DNA of 64,000 nt from IMG/VR virus record IMGVR_UViG_3300027730_000009, positions 1 through 64,000 of that record. One strand, written 5' to 3'. Of this stretch, positions 50,201 through 60,578 are shown piece after piece. Origin of the DNA: a virus. Position numbers and translations under genes: made by a program. Under the pieces are notes generated by a model. It was not told where the DNA came from. It saw only the letters and a program-made list of their open reading frames with translations, and ran no database searches. The number at the start of each line of letters is the position of its first letter. Positions within the stretch are counted from its first letter, which is position 1.

Positions 50201-51751
50201 TCCTTGAGCTCCTTGGCCTCCTTGAGCCCCTTGAGCTCCTTGAGCGCCCTGAGGTCCTAAGGCTCCGGTGTGTCCAGTGGCTCCAGCAGCACTCTGAGAA
50301 CCTTGAGACCCTTGTGGTCCTCTTGCCCCGATTTCTCCAGTAGCCCCTTGTGCTCCTTGGGACCCTTGAGCACCTTGGGGTCCTATGTTTCCCTGAGCAC
50401 CTTGGGCACCTTCACCACCTTGTGCTCCTTGAGCACCCTGTGGACCAACTAATCCTTGAGCCCCTTGAGCCCCTTTTGAGCCTTGTGACCCTTGTGGCCC
50501 GAAAGGTCCTACTAATCCTTGGGCACCTTGTCCTCCTTTTGCTCCTTGTACCCCTTGAGCTCCTTGGGGACCCGCAGCACCTTGAGCACCTTGAGAACCT
50601 ATTCCTCCTTGAGCACCTTGTGCCCCTTGAGGCCCGATAGCACCTGTGGCTCCTTGGAAACCCTCGGCACCTTGTGCTCCGATGTTACCCGTGGAGCCGA
50701 TTGCCCCCTCAGAACCTTGAGCACCAGTAGTTCCCTCAGCACCTTGAGCACCAGTAGGTCCTATTGCTCCTTGAACACCCTGAGGCCCTTTGGGACCTTG
50801 TGCACCTTGAGCACCAACAGCAGCATTTAGAGTATTGTTGTAATCCAAAAATTCGATACCAAAAAACATTTTGATATCTTGATTCACATTAGTGCTTCCT
50901 GAAGTAAAAGATATCCCAAAATCCCAATAGTTACCAAACAAGGATGTACTAGTAACATTATAGAGATAATTACCATCGAGAGGTCCATCAACATCGAGTA
51001 ATTCAACTCTTAAATCCCAGTTATTATCAATTTGAGAAAATATACTACTTAAATCAACAAGTCCAGCTCCTTGAGGTGTAGTTCCTCCTGAAACTGAGAC
51101 TGACATTGTGTTAACACCAGTCACTGTTGTGTCACTATTAGTCGCCGCAACCCTTAGAGCCCCATCAAAAGTCGAGTCAGCTACCCATGTCCACCAATAT
51201 GGACCATAAATTGTTGGTTGACCACCACCTTGATTTCCTTGTGGTCCTTGAGCACCTTGCGCACCTTGGGCACCAATGGCACCCTGAGCACCTGTAATAT
51301 TGGTACCAGGTCCTGTCCAATTTCCTGTACCATCCAAGACTTGTGTACCTCCGACCGATAAAAAGTTAGTGACCGTAAGGGTTGAAAACACATAAACCTC
51401 AGGAGAACATCCTCCCAAGTTTGATGAAAGAACATCACTAATATCTGTTACTGTACTTGGTCTTACACAACGATAATAAGTTAGACCCGAAGGAACATTA
51501 ATAGTTTCTAATACCCCTGTACTACAATTACGATATGTCGCAACCCCCGTTCCTCCACCAGTTGCCAAAAATGAAAAGTAATCACAATTTTCTTGGGGTG
51601 CAAATAAAACTTGGTTTTCAAATAACAAAGAGGCATCATATAACACCAAAATTTTGAACTTAAAACTTGGGTCAGTCTCAAATAATATTTCAGGAATGTT
51701 TCCAGGTCTTGAACGTATATTACTTGGAAATATTGTTAGATTCTTTGCCAT
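47246..51751 (-). CDS. collagen-like fibre protein 3 with inserted globular domain, Cys-rich domains and S74 chaperone
   Basis: Main Gly-X-Y run 50815-47822; Cys-rich segment before SDARLKTNV...GFIAQE; TATTTATA at 51775-51768. Confidence 0.9.
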   Translation of the reverse strand: MAKNLTIFPSNIRSRPGNIPEILFETDPSFKFKILVLYDASLLFENQVLFAPQENCDYFSFLATGGGTGVATYRNCSTGVLETINVPSGLTYYRCVRPSTVTDISDVLSSNLGGCSPEVYVFSTLTVTNFLSVGGTQVLDGTGNWTGPGTNITGAQGAIGAQGAQGAQGPQGNQGGGQPTIYGPYWWTWVADSTFDGALRVAATNSDTTVTGVNTMSVSVSGGTTPQGAGLVDLSSIFSQIDNNWDLRVELLDVDGPLDGNYLYNVTSTSLFGNYWDFGISFTSGSTNVNQDIKMFFGIEFLDYNNTLNAAVGAQGAQGPKGPQGVQGAIGPTGAQGAEGTTGAQGSEGAIGSTGNIGAQGAEGFQGATGAIGPQGAQGAQGGIGSQGAQGAAGPQGAQGVQGAKGGQGAQGLVGPFGPQGSQGSKGAQGAQGLVGPQGAQGAQGGEGAQGAQGNIGPQGAQGSQGAQGATGEIGARGPQGSQGSQSAAGATGHTGALGPQGAQGAQGAQGGQGAQGNRGPQGAQGAQNDAVGAQGAQGARGPQGAQGVQGAVGPQGSQGARGPQGVQGAEGAQGPIGSQGARGPQGAQGAQGAVGFQGAQGLIGGQGAQGVQGATGETGAQGNVGPQGSQGAQGAKGAQGSQGSVGPQGAQGVQGATGGTGAQGSVGPQGAQGSQGAQGATGEIGARGPQGSQGSQSAPGATGDTGALGPQGAQGVQGAVGPQGSQGGRGPQGAQGAQNDAVGAQGAQGARGPQGAQGLQGAVGPQGSQGARGPQGVQGAEGAQGPIGSQGARGPQGAQGAQGAVGFQGAQGLIGGQGAQGAQGATGETGAQGNVGPQGSQGAQGAKGAQGSQGSVGPQGAQGVQGATGGTGAQGSVGPQGAQGSQGAQGATGEIGARGPQGSQGSQSAAGATGHTGALGPQGAQGAQGAQGGQGAQGDRGPQGAQGSQGAQGGTGAQGNRGPQGSQGVQGAIGPQGVQGPRGPQGVQGAQGAQGPIGVQGARGPQGVQGAQGAVGFQGAQGLIGGQGAQGVQGATGETGAQGNIGPQGSQGAQGAKGAQGSQGARGPQGGQGSQGATGGTGAQGNRGPQGGQGSQGAGGGTGDVGARGPQGSQGSQGAGGGTGDVGARGPQGSQGSQGGVGPQGAQGGRGPQGAQGIQGAVGPQGAQGTIGATGPQGAQGAVGPQGSQGARGPQGVQGAQGATGSTLPPGNPGPTGAQGTKGPQGSQGAAGPPGGGGPPGPGGAPGANNTTPGATGAQGTPGGPQGQKGAQGIPDVGIIGFQGAPGASDTGAPGATGFQGAQGATGVACYPHNANCNPESCEAVCSGENVTFYSNCATLANGCNIFSDSACTSCPPCFGGANFSDGVNCWTIGECDPGPGAALSNQTACEKSDARLKTNVTTIEDALDKILKLNPVEFDWLESAPHYDTYKELGQIHSIGFIAQEVRAVIPQVVDLKDNGYYSIDYPKLNALLVEGIKEQQVFIEELQKLIEDLENEIN
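48560..50380. repeat. tandem repeat, period 630-633 bp, about 3 copies (boundaries approximate)
   Basis: Shadow ORFs at 48760/49390/50023 and 49037/49670. Confidence 0.75.
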
Positions 51752-51842
51752 TGAGTTTTACAGATACTATAAATACATCTAAACAAAGTTTAGAGCACCA
51801 AAGTTTATTAGATATTATAATAAAATTATAATAAGGGTAAAC

Positions 51843-52130
51843 CTACTCCTTGAGATGTTTTTTGATTATGTCAACCGCTTCGGTTAACTCTTGATAGTCC
51901 CTGTCGGGAGCATACAGAAATGACTTGTGTTTATCACCCCCCTTTTCTTGGATTATCAAAAGAGCAGGTACATAGTCGTTTTCTGTTGCCTTAACAAAAA
52001 TATCATATTCTTCTTTATTGTCATCGATATCCCTGTCAACAAAATCGATACCTTCACTTGTGAGCATATCTTTAAAGTCATAACAATGGGGACATCCTTT
52101 CATTGTATAGACAACTATATGTGTAGACAT
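51843..52130 (-). CDS. glutaredoxin-like protein
   Basis: VVYTMKGCPHC...VP. Confidence 0.85.
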   Translation of the reverse strand: MSTHIVVYTMKGCPHCYDFKDMLTSEGIDFVDRDIDDNKEEYDIFVKATENDYVPALLIIQEKGGDKHKSFLYAPDRDYQELTEAVDIIKKHLKE

Positions 52131-52132
52131 CT

Positions 52133-52444
52133 TTAGTATTTGTTTATCACCTCCAGCAATTGAGATTGACTCATAACTCCCACATTAGAGAACACCTCTT
52201 TACCTTCTTTATACACTTTAAGTGTGGGAACCGAGCGGATTCCAAGTTCCATAACGAAATCTCTGTCAGAGTCGATATCTAAACTAAAGATACCCATGGA
52301 TAGTTCTTGTCCTGACTTTTCCAAACTCCCGAGGTTACCCATTAAAACTTTACAGGGACCACACCATGTGGCAAACAAATCCAAGACAAATGTCTCGTTA
52401 TTTTTGATTTTTTCTTTTACTTGTTCAGATGATAGTTGTGTCAT
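52133..52444 (-). CDS. trxA: thioredoxin
   Basis: FATWCGPCK...GIRSVPT. Confidence 0.92.
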   Translation of the reverse strand: MTQLSSEQVKEKIKNNETFVLDLFATWCGPCKVLMGNLGSLEKSGQELSMGIFSLDIDSDRDFVMELGIRSVPTLKVYKEGKEVFSNVGVMSQSQLLEVINKY

Positions 52445-52745
52445 TTTTTTTCAATATTGAATTCAGGAATATTTGAATGGGTCCAATTTGATTGGGAAGG
52501 AAATAGACCTCCAACGAATAGTAACCAGTTGTTCCTGTTGTCTTATACAATAAATAGAACCCCCCCTTTGTTTTGTAAATAACTTCATTAAACTCAGGTG
52601 TTGGATAAATAGAGTTTACATACACCATCTCGAACTTGTCTTTTGGGGTTTCCGTTTTTTTTACTCTATCCAATCGAAATACCGAAAAAGAAGTTTCTTC
52701 TTTTTGTTCGACTTTTTCAATAAAGGGGTGGGGTTTTATAAACAT
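52425..52745 (-). CDS. hypothetical protein
   Basis: 106-aa ORF in a co-oriented run. Confidence 0.65.
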   Translation of the reverse strand: MFIKPHPFIEKVEQKEETSFSVFRLDRVKKTETPKDKFEMVYVNSIYPTPEFNEVIYKTKGGFYLLYKTTGTTGYYSLEVYFLPNQIGPIQIFLNSILKKNDTTII

Positions 52746-52748
52746 ATG

Positions 52749-54362
52749 TTAGAAAAAATAATCGATATCCGTAATAAGTTCAATAGGATTCTCCCATACA
52801 ACAAATCCCTGTTCATTAAATACGGTATTATAGGTACTCACCTTGTCTTTCTTTTCTTTTGTTAGGACCATTTCATATCCTTTTTCTAAGATTAGACTCG
52901 ATACCATTTCGTCGACTTTTTTTAATGCCTTATCCCAAGTGGGGTCAAGTTCTTGGTTGAATCTACCAAGACTTTGAGCTCTTTCAGTTCTAACTTTTCT
53001 CTTTAAAAATTTAATGTGGTATTCTACCGTTGCTCTGTCCTCTTGGTTTCTTATGGAAAGAATAAAACTACCCGGTTTTGTAAGATATGTTTTCACGCAG
53101 TTTTGCTGGTGTTCACTCTCTTGGTAGAACTCATCTTGGGTGGACAATAAATTAACCGAATAGGTAATAAGTTCTGAGTTGTCATTCAATAGGGTAATAT
53201 CTTTATTCAAAGTTGAATAAAACACCTCAGGATATTTTCGGTTGAAAATACCTTTTTTAAGTTTGGTAACCTCATCAGAGAGGGTCTTGTGTTCGATAAG
53301 AAAATCTTTATATGTTTTACTTTTCCAACCTACATTGATTCCATTTTTTTTAAGAAAAACGATAAATTCAATATGGTCCCTGATTACTGTCATTCGTGGT
53401 AGAGTATTTTTTACAAAATTCCAAATTCGTTTCTTTTCCGCATCACTAAGCCAAGAAACATCATGAGGTATCAAAATGTCATTTTGATGAGAAAGATAAA
53501 TCATTAACACCCTATAATCTTGTTGTACCTTAGTTGTCCCAACCAAATTAATCAAAGATTTGAGAGTGTTAAAGGTAAAAGGAACGTCAGTGTGTAACGC
53601 TTTTTTGATGATATCACCACCGAATCCATGAAAGGACATAAGGGAATCAATATATTTGTTTTTACCCTTTTTGAAAAATTTAGCAGGGACAAGACCATCA
53701 AACCCATTGCGTTGGAACCCATAGAAGTTGTCAGGAATACTCACCCCCCTTTTAAAAAGGTAAAATTCATAAAATCTCCACCCCAAACATGAATTGATGT
53801 CATGACCTTCATTTCCCCTTAAATGAAAATCAGGTATCTGACTTAGAAAAATGTCCTGCAATGATTCATACTCTTTCTGATGATTCTCAAGTTTACAAAA
53901 CAAATGCAAAGCGTCACTCATAATCATAAAAGGGTTACGATGAAAATAATTTGTTCTTATCCTCCGATTTTTTTTCTTTTTATGTAACCCCATTATTTCA
54001 CCCTGATACAAAATACCAGTCCTAATGTTCAAAGTAAAAAAAGAAACACTCCTTACTTTTTTGAAATAATGAACACCCTCTCGTCGTTCATTATGATAAC
54101 GGAATACCTTGAACGATATCTTATCTCCATTTTTTTCAATCACCATAGTTGTCTTAGAATGGGAAACTCTCGCCAACTTATTGGCATAGTGTTTCAAAAA
54201 CTCCTCTGATGAATTAAGATATGTGTGATGCTTATCCCAATAAGGATTTTTAAGTTTTGGAGTGTTTAGTAAAAACCCATAATTTTCGATAACTAAATGG
54301 TCTTTGTGTACCTGAACCTCGTAGTCCTCTTTTACTTTTTTGTAAATCTCTATTTTTTCCAT
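52749..54362 (-). CDS. PcfJ-domain protein (start revised)
   Basis: EFYQESEHQQNCVKTY...ILSIR...ATVE...QSLGRFN. Confidence 0.75.
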   Translation of the reverse strand: MEKIEIYKKVKEDYEVQVHKDHLVIENYGFLLNTPKLKNPYWDKHHTYLNSSEEFLKHYANKLARVSHSKTTMVIEKNGDKISFKVFRYHNERREGVHYFKKVRSVSFFTLNIRTGILYQGEIMGLHKKKKNRRIRTNYFHRNPFMIMSDALHLFCKLENHQKEYESLQDIFLSQIPDFHLRGNEGHDINSCLGWRFYEFYLFKRGVSIPDNFYGFQRNGFDGLVPAKFFKKGKNKYIDSLMSFHGFGGDIIKKALHTDVPFTFNTLKSLINLVGTTKVQQDYRVLMIYLSHQNDILIPHDVSWLSDAEKKRIWNFVKNTLPRMTVIRDHIEFIVFLKKNGINVGWKSKTYKDFLIEHKTLSDEVTKLKKGIFNRKYPEVFYSTLNKDITLLNDNSELITYSVNLLSTQDEFYQESEHQQNCVKTYLTKPGSFILSIRNQEDRATVEYHIKFLKRKVRTERAQSLGRFNQELDPTWDKALKKVDEMVSSLILEKGYEMVLTKEKKDKVSTYNTVFNEQGFVVWENPIELITDIDYFF

Positions 54363-54415
54363 AGTCAAAAAGGGGGATGGTCTCCCATCCCCCAAGGGTT
54401 AGTAATTGTTAGGGT

Positions 54416-55171
54416 TTAGCAGTAAGACTCGGCCAGTTCCCACAAGTCAGAGTTGATACGGTTGACAACATCGAAGTTCTTAAGTTCACGCATCTTGATG
54501 AAACGACCCTTCTGATTCTGAACCTGCTCTCCACCACGGACAAACTTCTCTTGAACTCGGTTGAAGACCTTCCACATGGTGGGTTCTTGGTCTCCTTCAC
54601 GAAGAGGGTTCAACCATGAATTAACATCAATCTTAGGTAGTGAACCTGAGTTCCAACGAAGCATTGTAGCCTTGTTGACAAAATCTACACTCTCCGACTC
54701 GGTCATCATCTTAGACTCGAACATCTCAACCTTTTGTTGAAGAAGGGGTAGGGTGGTTGCGAATTGGTCGGTGATACGACGAATATCACCCATCTCCAAT
54801 CCTTTGTGACGAAGTTTAAAGTCCGAAGTCGTTTGGGTGGGAACAGTCAATCCATTTGAACATACCAAACGGAAAAGACCCGCTTGGATTTGAAGGGGTT
54901 TGGTTCCGTTGTGAGAGTTTTGAATCACCGCCTGAATCAGAGAGTCACCAACAGCAGGGAGGGTTCCATTGGTAAGACGAATCTCGTGAGCGTGGTACTG
55001 AGTTTTTCCTTTTTGAACTGCCGAGGCAATCTTCCACCCATCTTGTTCAAACTTCTCTAAGATTTCTAAAGAAGAAACAAAGGTGTATTTGTCAGACACC
55101 TTAGGAGATGCTTGGTTGGCGAAAATCGAGGGGACTTTTAAGGTCAGGGTTTCAAGAGAGAGAGTGTTCAT
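54416..55171 (-). CDS. DUF932-family protein
   Basis: VSDKYTFV, NSHNG, AGLFRLVCSNGL, WKVFNRVQE, NSDLW. Confidence 0.88.
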   Translation of the reverse strand: MNTLSLETLTLKVPSIFANQASPKVSDKYTFVSSLEILEKFEQDGWKIASAVQKGKTQYHAHEIRLTNGTLPAVGDSLIQAVIQNSHNGTKPLQIQAGLFRLVCSNGLTVPTQTTSDFKLRHKGLEMGDIRRITDQFATTLPLLQQKVEMFESKMMTESESVDFVNKATMLRWNSGSLPKIDVNSWLNPLREGDQEPTMWKVFNRVQEKFVRGGEQVQNQKGRFIKMRELKNFDVVNRINSDLWELAESYC

Positions 55172-55196
55172 GGGTTTTTGTTTTTGAATTACACTT

Positions 55197-55228
55197 CAAA
55201 GATAAAACAAAAAAACTTTTCAGCCAAA
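55197..55228 (-). promoter_or_regulatory. Bacteroidota-type promoter
   Basis: TTTG, 20 nt, TATCTTTG. Confidence 0.75.
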
Positions 55229-55235
55229 TCTTTTT

Positions 55236-55508
55236 TCAATTAAGAAAAAAGTTTCCAAACTCAGTCTCCACAAAAATCTTGTCTTCTTTTTTTGGAGGAT
55301 TACCATTCAACCCAACACAAAGTTCGATAAGTTGTTTTCTAGTTAAAGGAATCTCATTTCCACCTTCAGCATTTTTACTGGCAATCACTTGAACCTTTTC
55401 ATAGAACTTATCCTTGAGTTCCAACGGAATCAAATTAGACAGGTCCTCAGGATTGTCATCAAAGAACTTCATCAAGTTAGACATATAAATTGCAACATCC
55501 ACATTCAT
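55236..55508 (-). CDS. hypothetical protein (start revised; likely leaderless)
   Basis: TATTTTTG ends 4 nt before ATG 55508. Confidence 0.6.
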   Translation of the reverse strand: MNVDVAIYMSNLMKFFDDNPEDLSNLIPLELKDKFYEKVQVIASKNAEGGNEIPLTRKQLIELCVGLNGNPPKKEDKIFVETEFGNFFLN

Positions 55509-55560
55509 AAGACAAAAATAAGGGAAAAAAATAAAGGGTTCAATATGAACCCTTAAATTA

Positions 55561-56868
55561 TTATTGTGCAACCTCCCAAAGTCCTGAGTCCCATTCGACA
55601 CCTCTGTCGGCAATACCTTGAGGTATCTCCAAATTATCAGACTCCTTGACATTGATAAACAATAAATCAGGAAGGTCAGCAATACAGTCAGGGATGGTTC
55701 TCAGTTCAGGATTTTTCTGTAGGGTTAAAAACTTTAAATTTTTAAGTTCACAAACTTGTTCAGGAAGATAATCAATACAATTAATCAAAACCAAAGCCTC
55801 AAGGTTTTTAAACTTACCAATACTCGGTGGAATAACCAAAGTATGTTGTCCTCTCCCGTTGATGTTAATTTCATTCAAATCATCAGGTAGAGCATCGAAT
55901 AATTCGTCTAATCCATAAAGACCAATGAACTTACCAACAGACCCCGAATTAAAACCATCAATTTCAAGTTTTTCACCACCGACGGTAAGACCCTTAGCAA
56001 ACTCAGGTTTAAAATATTGTTTTAATTCCTCCATTGGTCCGTTTAACAACTGAACCAAATCAACACTACGGTCATCCTTGTCCATAAACTGATTGCTAGG
56101 GAAGTGGAACTGATATCTATCAACAGGAAGACCTGTAGAAGGTGCCACTCTAGTGTCATTGGGATTGTATACAACATACAAAGGACCATCCTTAATATAA
56201 CGGTCAAACCAGTTAAGACCAGGGGCTGATGTACACCAGCGAGTCTCTTGTTGGTTCCCACCATAGAAACATGCCGCCTCTCTACCCTTATCACCCTTAT
56301 CTTCAATTTTTACGACCTTCCAAGTCTCACCCTCAAAACCACTTTCTGCACCAGGGTGAACCGCCAAATTCTTTCTCTCCGCCTTAGTGGTAGTTGCCAT
56401 AGTTAAGTCAAAGTCCTTAACCGCGTCATACAAATCATCAACACTCAACTTATTGATGTCTCTTAACTCAACAGGAAGTCTATTTTTGAAACGATGAAAC
56501 TTCTTCAAATCATCGGTCACCTTATAAAGGTCCTCCATGAAACGGTCCTTACTTTGGACAACCTCCCTATCGTAACCATACTCACCATACTGAAGTTCAG
56601 TCTTAGGACGAAGGTAGTTTTTAATAATCCATGGAGTGTATTCCCCCACCTTTACCTTAGACATATCTTCCTTACTGATTCTATCATCACCCAAGTTTAC
56701 ATCGTTCAAACGAGTGGTCGGGTCCGCAGCAATTAACTGAAGTAATTCAGTTTTTTTCAAAAGGGGTTTTTTTTCCGAACCTTTCTTCGGATTTACAAAC
56801 TTGTCCATCAACACCTCAAAACGAGAGGCTTCCTTAATAAGTGTACGCAGTAAAGAATTAAACTTCAT
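55561..56868 (-). CDS. AxCxYG..T(K/R)WC domain protein with C-terminal leucine-rich repeats, paralogue 3
   Basis: AACFYGG..TRWCTSA..WFDRYIKDGPLY; IPPSIGKFKNLEAL / LPEQVCELKNLKFL / IPDCIADLPDL. Confidence 0.8.
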   Translation of the reverse strand: MKFNSLLRTLIKEASRFEVLMDKFVNPKKGSEKKPLLKKTELLQLIAADPTTRLNDVNLGDDRISKEDMSKVKVGEYTPWIIKNYLRPKTELQYGEYGYDREVVQSKDRFMEDLYKVTDDLKKFHRFKNRLPVELRDINKLSVDDLYDAVKDFDLTMATTTKAERKNLAVHPGAESGFEGETWKVVKIEDKGDKGREAACFYGGNQQETRWCTSAPGLNWFDRYIKDGPLYVVYNPNDTRVAPSTGLPVDRYQFHFPSNQFMDKDDRSVDLVQLLNGPMEELKQYFKPEFAKGLTVGGEKLEIDGFNSGSVGKFIGLYGLDELFDALPDDLNEININGRGQHTLVIPPSIGKFKNLEALVLINCIDYLPEQVCELKNLKFLTLQKNPELRTIPDCIADLPDLLFINVKESDNLEIPQGIADRGVEWDSGLWEVAQ

Positions 56869-56911
56869 TATAATGAGATTTTATTATAAATATACGATGC
56901 TAATATAATAC

Positions 56912-57757
56912 TCAGTAATTCATTATAAGCAACTCCTCACCCATATTTTGTTTTTTTCCCTTAGTAGCGGCAGCGGCCTTAGCAAAAGAACGACGTTCCC
57001 ATCGATACCCATTCTCAGGGAACCACTGACCCAAGAGTTCAAAGTCATAGTACGACAAAGAGAACTTACCCTGAATCTCTTTCAAGGCATTCGCCAACCT
57101 CTCGTGGTCGTTCCTGTCAAAGTCATGGTTAGAATAGTAATTCTCGGTTTTCCAATAGGGTGGGTCCATGTAGAAATAAGTGGTTGGTGAATCGTATTTT
57201 GAAATAACCTCTTGAAAGTCCATATTTTCAACAAAAGTAATCTTTTCGAAATGTTCACGAAAAGAAAGTTTTTTCAGTTTGTCCATAAAGATTAGAACTT
57301 TACAACGATATTTGCCCTTATAATCCGTGTAATTGGAAGTTTCTGGTTTAGAACCCGAAAAAACTTGACACAAGACATATACATACTTCGCAGCAATTAC
57401 AAAGTTAGGTTCATCACCAATGACCAAATTTTCATTGAATATTTCTTTTTGAAATGTTTTGAACATAACCTCAAATTCGGGTGGGGTGTTTTCAACACCA
57501 AGTTGTTGACATGGATATCGGGAGAGTTCATCCCAAAGTCTATCATACTCTTTTGCACATTTGAATAGGTTAGCGTTTAGTCTATTGTAGTCATTATAAA
57601 CGACTGTCTTGAGGTTTGGGTACTTTTTGAGGTCCATATTAAAGAACACCCAGAACATCCCTGAAAATCCCTCTACATATGTTTCAATGTTAGTGGGGAT
57701 AAACGGAACAATCCATTTACCAATCCTAGCCTTTCCTCCGATATATGATATTGCCAT
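56912..57757 (-). CDS. D12-class (Dam-like) N6-adenine DNA methyltransferase
   Basis: SYIGGK, YVEGFSG, YND, YMDPPY, ELLIMNY. Confidence 0.9.
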   Translation of the reverse strand: MAISYIGGKARIGKWIVPFIPTNIETYVEGFSGMFWVFFNMDLKKYPNLKTVVYNDYNRLNANLFKCAKEYDRLWDELSRYPCQQLGVENTPPEFEVMFKTFQKEIFNENLVIGDEPNFVIAAKYVYVLCQVFSGSKPETSNYTDYKGKYRCKVLIFMDKLKKLSFREHFEKITFVENMDFQEVISKYDSPTTYFYMDPPYWKTENYYSNHDFDRNDHERLANALKEIQGKFSLSYYDFELLGQWFPENGYRWERRSFAKAAAATKGKKQNMGEELLIMNY

Positions 57758-57958
57758 ATTAATTTTTCTGTTTTTTTAGAATGTACTAACAAATATACAA
57801 ATAGCAAGTAATAAAAACAAATCTCAAACAAAATGTTTCATTAGACCTTTACAACACTTTTAGAAAAAATTTAACATTGCAAATTGTACTAATGGGATTC
57901 TAATGTTATATTTATGTTAAGAGAATATCAATAAACTTTACAAAAACTTAACAAAAAA

Positions 57959-58300
57959 ATGAAAACTATTTTAATTATCACCCTACTTTTTCTAAATTCA
58001 AACTTATTTGCACAAAAAGCCATTTATACTGACAACGATGGTGATGGTGTTATTGAATATACTTTGATGGACGATTTCAAAAAAGTTTTGGAGACAGGTT
58101 ATTACCAAAACAACAAGATGGTTGGGACGTGGACTTTATTCTACCCCGACGGTAAAAAAAGAATGGTTGCAAAATTCAAAAACGGAATTAAACAAGGTCT
58201 TTGGTTAGTTTACGATGATAAGGGTAGAATTTTAACTGAGGTGTTTTACAAAGACGATAAAAAAATTAGCGCATCTCAACACAACTACGCTAATAACTAA
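57959..58300 (+). CDS. secreted MORN-variant/YwqK-like repeat protein
   Basis: Signal peptide LFA-Q; GTWTLFYPDG...FKNG...GLW..YDDKG repeats. Confidence 0.75.
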   Translation: MKTILIITLLFLNSNLFAQKAIYTDNDGDGVIEYTLMDDFKKVLETGYYQNNKMVGTWTLFYPDGKKRMVAKFKNGIKQGLWLVYDDKGRILTEVFYKDDKKISASQHNYANN

Positions 58301-58491
58301 TAACAATTCTTGTAAGGTCTACACGAAGCTTTCTGACTGAATCCCATAGACTTACAAGATGTTTTTTTACAGTAAGATTCTGACCATTTTCTCGGTTTCT
58401 TAAATTTTTTAACCTCTTCTAAACTATCGGGATGTTTATTTTCAGTTTTTTCTACATATTCTTTTAGATACTTAATAATCAAATCTCTCAT
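58297..58491 (-). CDS. small Cys-rich phage protein
   Basis: KWS..YC...C..MGFSQKASC motif recalled from large myophages; TATTTATA upstream. Confidence 0.65.
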   Translation of the reverse strand: MRDLIIKYLKEYVEKTENKHPDSLEEVKKFKKPRKWSESYCKKTSCKSMGFSQKASCRPYKNCY

Positions 58492-58615
58492 ACATATAAA
58501 TATGTCATGTCAAAATTGTAAAAATAAAACACCTTTTCAAATTTCATCCAAGTTAAATTGGATGCTTGTTTTCACCTCTTACGGATTCGTATCGGTTATT
58601 TACTCAACTTATAAA

Positions 58616-59551
58616 TTAGTTTCCTACCTTCTCAGTTTGATTTGATTTATCAAACCTAACATTTAATTTTACATACATATCCCCATTTGGGAACCCTTTA
58701 TTTTTTAACCTCAGGGGTTTAGATGTATCAAAAATAATGGGTGCAGGTATTTTAAGTTCACCATCAGGGTGGTGTATAATATAAAAGTCCTCAGTAATTG
58801 TTTGTAAGTCCAAAAACAAATTGTAAATTAAATCCGAACCCATTTTTTGAAATTCACCGTTTTGTTCGATGATTGGTTGGATAACCAAATTACCATACAT
58901 ACCTTGGATAAAGTCACCTCGACCTTCTAACTTCATGAATTGACCATCATCAATCCCTTTTGGAAGGGATACCGTAATAGATTCAAAATGATTTTTAGTT
59001 CCAACACCCGAACAACTATGACATCTATTGATTAATATTTGCCCTTTAGCTTGGCAATGTACACACGCCACTCTAACTCTCTGTTGAAAAAATCCTGAAC
59101 CTAAAACTTGAATGCTGTGTCCCGCACCATGACAGACGGCACACAATTGAGTGTCCCCTCCTGAACCACCACAATCTGAACAGGCAATGTTCCTTTGATA
59201 GTTGATTGTTTTTGGACCTCCTTTATAGGACTCCATTACCGTTACAGGTAGTTTTATTATCTTATCAGCAACTTTTCTTATTGGCGGTGCTCCCCCACCT
59301 TGATTGTACATGTTTTTGAAAAACTCTTCGAATGAGCCACCAGCAAAAGGATTGTCTTTTTGTCTAAGATAATCTATTTTTTTCTTAGGGTCTGAAAGAA
59401 CATCGTATGCCTCGGCAATCTCTTTGAATTTCTCTCCCCCATCAGGATTTACATCAGGATGATATTTCTTAGATAGTAATCTATATTGTTTTTTAATTTC
59501 TTCATCAGTGGCATCTTCCTTAACACCTAAAATTTCAAAGTAGTTTTTCAT
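58616..59551 (-). CDS. dnaJ: DnaJ chaperone
   Basis: J domain with HPD, four CxxC zinc-finger motifs, C-terminal domains. Confidence 0.93.
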   Translation of the reverse strand: MKNYFEILGVKEDATDEEIKKQYRLLSKKYHPDVNPDGGEKFKEIAEAYDVLSDPKKKIDYLRQKDNPFAGGSFEEFFKNMYNQGGGAPPIRKVADKIIKLPVTVMESYKGGPKTINYQRNIACSDCGGSGGDTQLCAVCHGAGHSIQVLGSGFFQQRVRVACVHCQAKGQILINRCHSCSGVGTKNHFESITVSLPKGIDDGQFMKLEGRGDFIQGMYGNLVIQPIIEQNGEFQKMGSDLIYNLFLDLQTITEDFYIIHHPDGELKIPAPIIFDTSKPLRLKNKGFPNGDMYVKLNVRFDKSNQTEKVGN

Positions 59552-59555
59552 TGTA

Positions 59556-60200
59556 ATGACACCAAAATATTATGTAGTCCTGTTTAAGAATAAGGTTCGG
59601 AAAAAAATAATAAAGAAATTTAGTAATTTCAAAAATTCTGAAAACTTTTATAACAATTTAATTAAAGAGAGTTCTGCGGTAATTTTCCCAAAAAAGATAG
59701 AGAATGGTAAAAACTCACACTATGAGTTGGCACTCTTACAAAATAAAAGTAATCAGGATAATGATATTTATATGACTGATGAGTTAGGTAGAAATGTTAA
59801 GGTTGTTTTAGAAGATGAAAGTTTTGAAATGTTAAAAATCAAACTATACGAAGTTGAGGAGTTAATTTATGATACTCAAAAAAAACAAAAAATTTCAACC
59901 CTTAAATTAATACAAACTTATTTGAAGGGAGATGGTGTTAAAATGGTTTTCTCATTAAACAATAAATTTATCATTCAAAAAGACGAAGACATTAAATTGT
60001 TTTCATTAAAGTCTGAAATGGAAACTGACCGATTTATTGATTGTATTTCAAAACAATTTTACAAGGAAGGTCGTAAAGATTGTCTTTTTATAAAAGATAC
60101 CTCTACAGCACAAAAAAAATACCTCTTTTCAGTTTTATCTGAAATGGGTATTGATAAGAAAGTTTTATATCGAAAGTTTACGACTTATCCTCGTCAGTAA
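59556..60200 (+). CDS. hypothetical basic protein
   Basis: 214-aa ORF. Confidence 0.7.
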   Translation: MTPKYYVVLFKNKVRKKIIKKFSNFKNSENFYNNLIKESSAVIFPKKIENGKNSHYELALLQNKSNQDNDIYMTDELGRNVKVVLEDESFEMLKIKLYEVEELIYDTQKKQKISTLKLIQTYLKGDGVKMVFSLNNKFIIQKDEDIKLFSLKSEMETDRFIDCISKQFYKEGRKDCLFIKDTSTAQKKYLFSVLSEMGIDKKVLYRKFTTYPRQ

Positions 60201-60435
60201 TTTCCGTTTCTTTTTCCTCTAACATAAAATGAAAATCGACTCCTGATATTTCCACGGTGAATTGTTTGTGATGCCGGTCAATTTCTCGGAAGTGACTTTG
60301 CATTTTTTTAAAATCGGGTTCCTTAAGTTCGAATACCACGACTGTATTTCCATCTGGAAACATATCCAAAAAAGAATCCGAAAGTATTGCCAACTTTTCT
60401 AAATCCCCCAAATCATTTTTTTGAGTCTCTTCCAT
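60178..60435 (-). CDS. hypothetical protein
   Basis: 85-aa ORF. Confidence 0.65.
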   Translation of the reverse strand: MEETQKNDLGDLEKLAILSDSFLDMFPDGNTVVVFELKEPDFKKMQSHFREIDRHHKQFTVEISGVDFHFMLEEKETEITDEDKS

Positions 60436-60578
60436 AATGTTGGTTTTTCTTTTTTAAATAAATCTTCTTTTTTTAATTTTTGAAATTTAGAAACCAAATC
60501 TTTTTTGTATTTCTCAATTTCGACATCATCTTTTGTTTTTTCCTTATTCAGCCAATCCAATAGTCTCTGTTGGTTCAT
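60399..60578 (-). CDS. small basic protein (59 aa)
   Basis: Hand-translated MNQQRLLDWLNKEK...; fills the gap in a co-oriented run. Confidence 0.5.
   Translation of the reverse strand: MNQQRLLDWLNKEKTKDDVEIEKYKKDLVSKFQKLKKEDLFKKEKPTLWKRLKKMIWGI

Noticed and set aside
40727-50830. Dozens of Leu/Glu- or Ser/Leu-rich alternative-frame ORFs
   Set aside because: Shadows of the repetitive Gly-X-Gln codons of the collagen genes; no independent signals.
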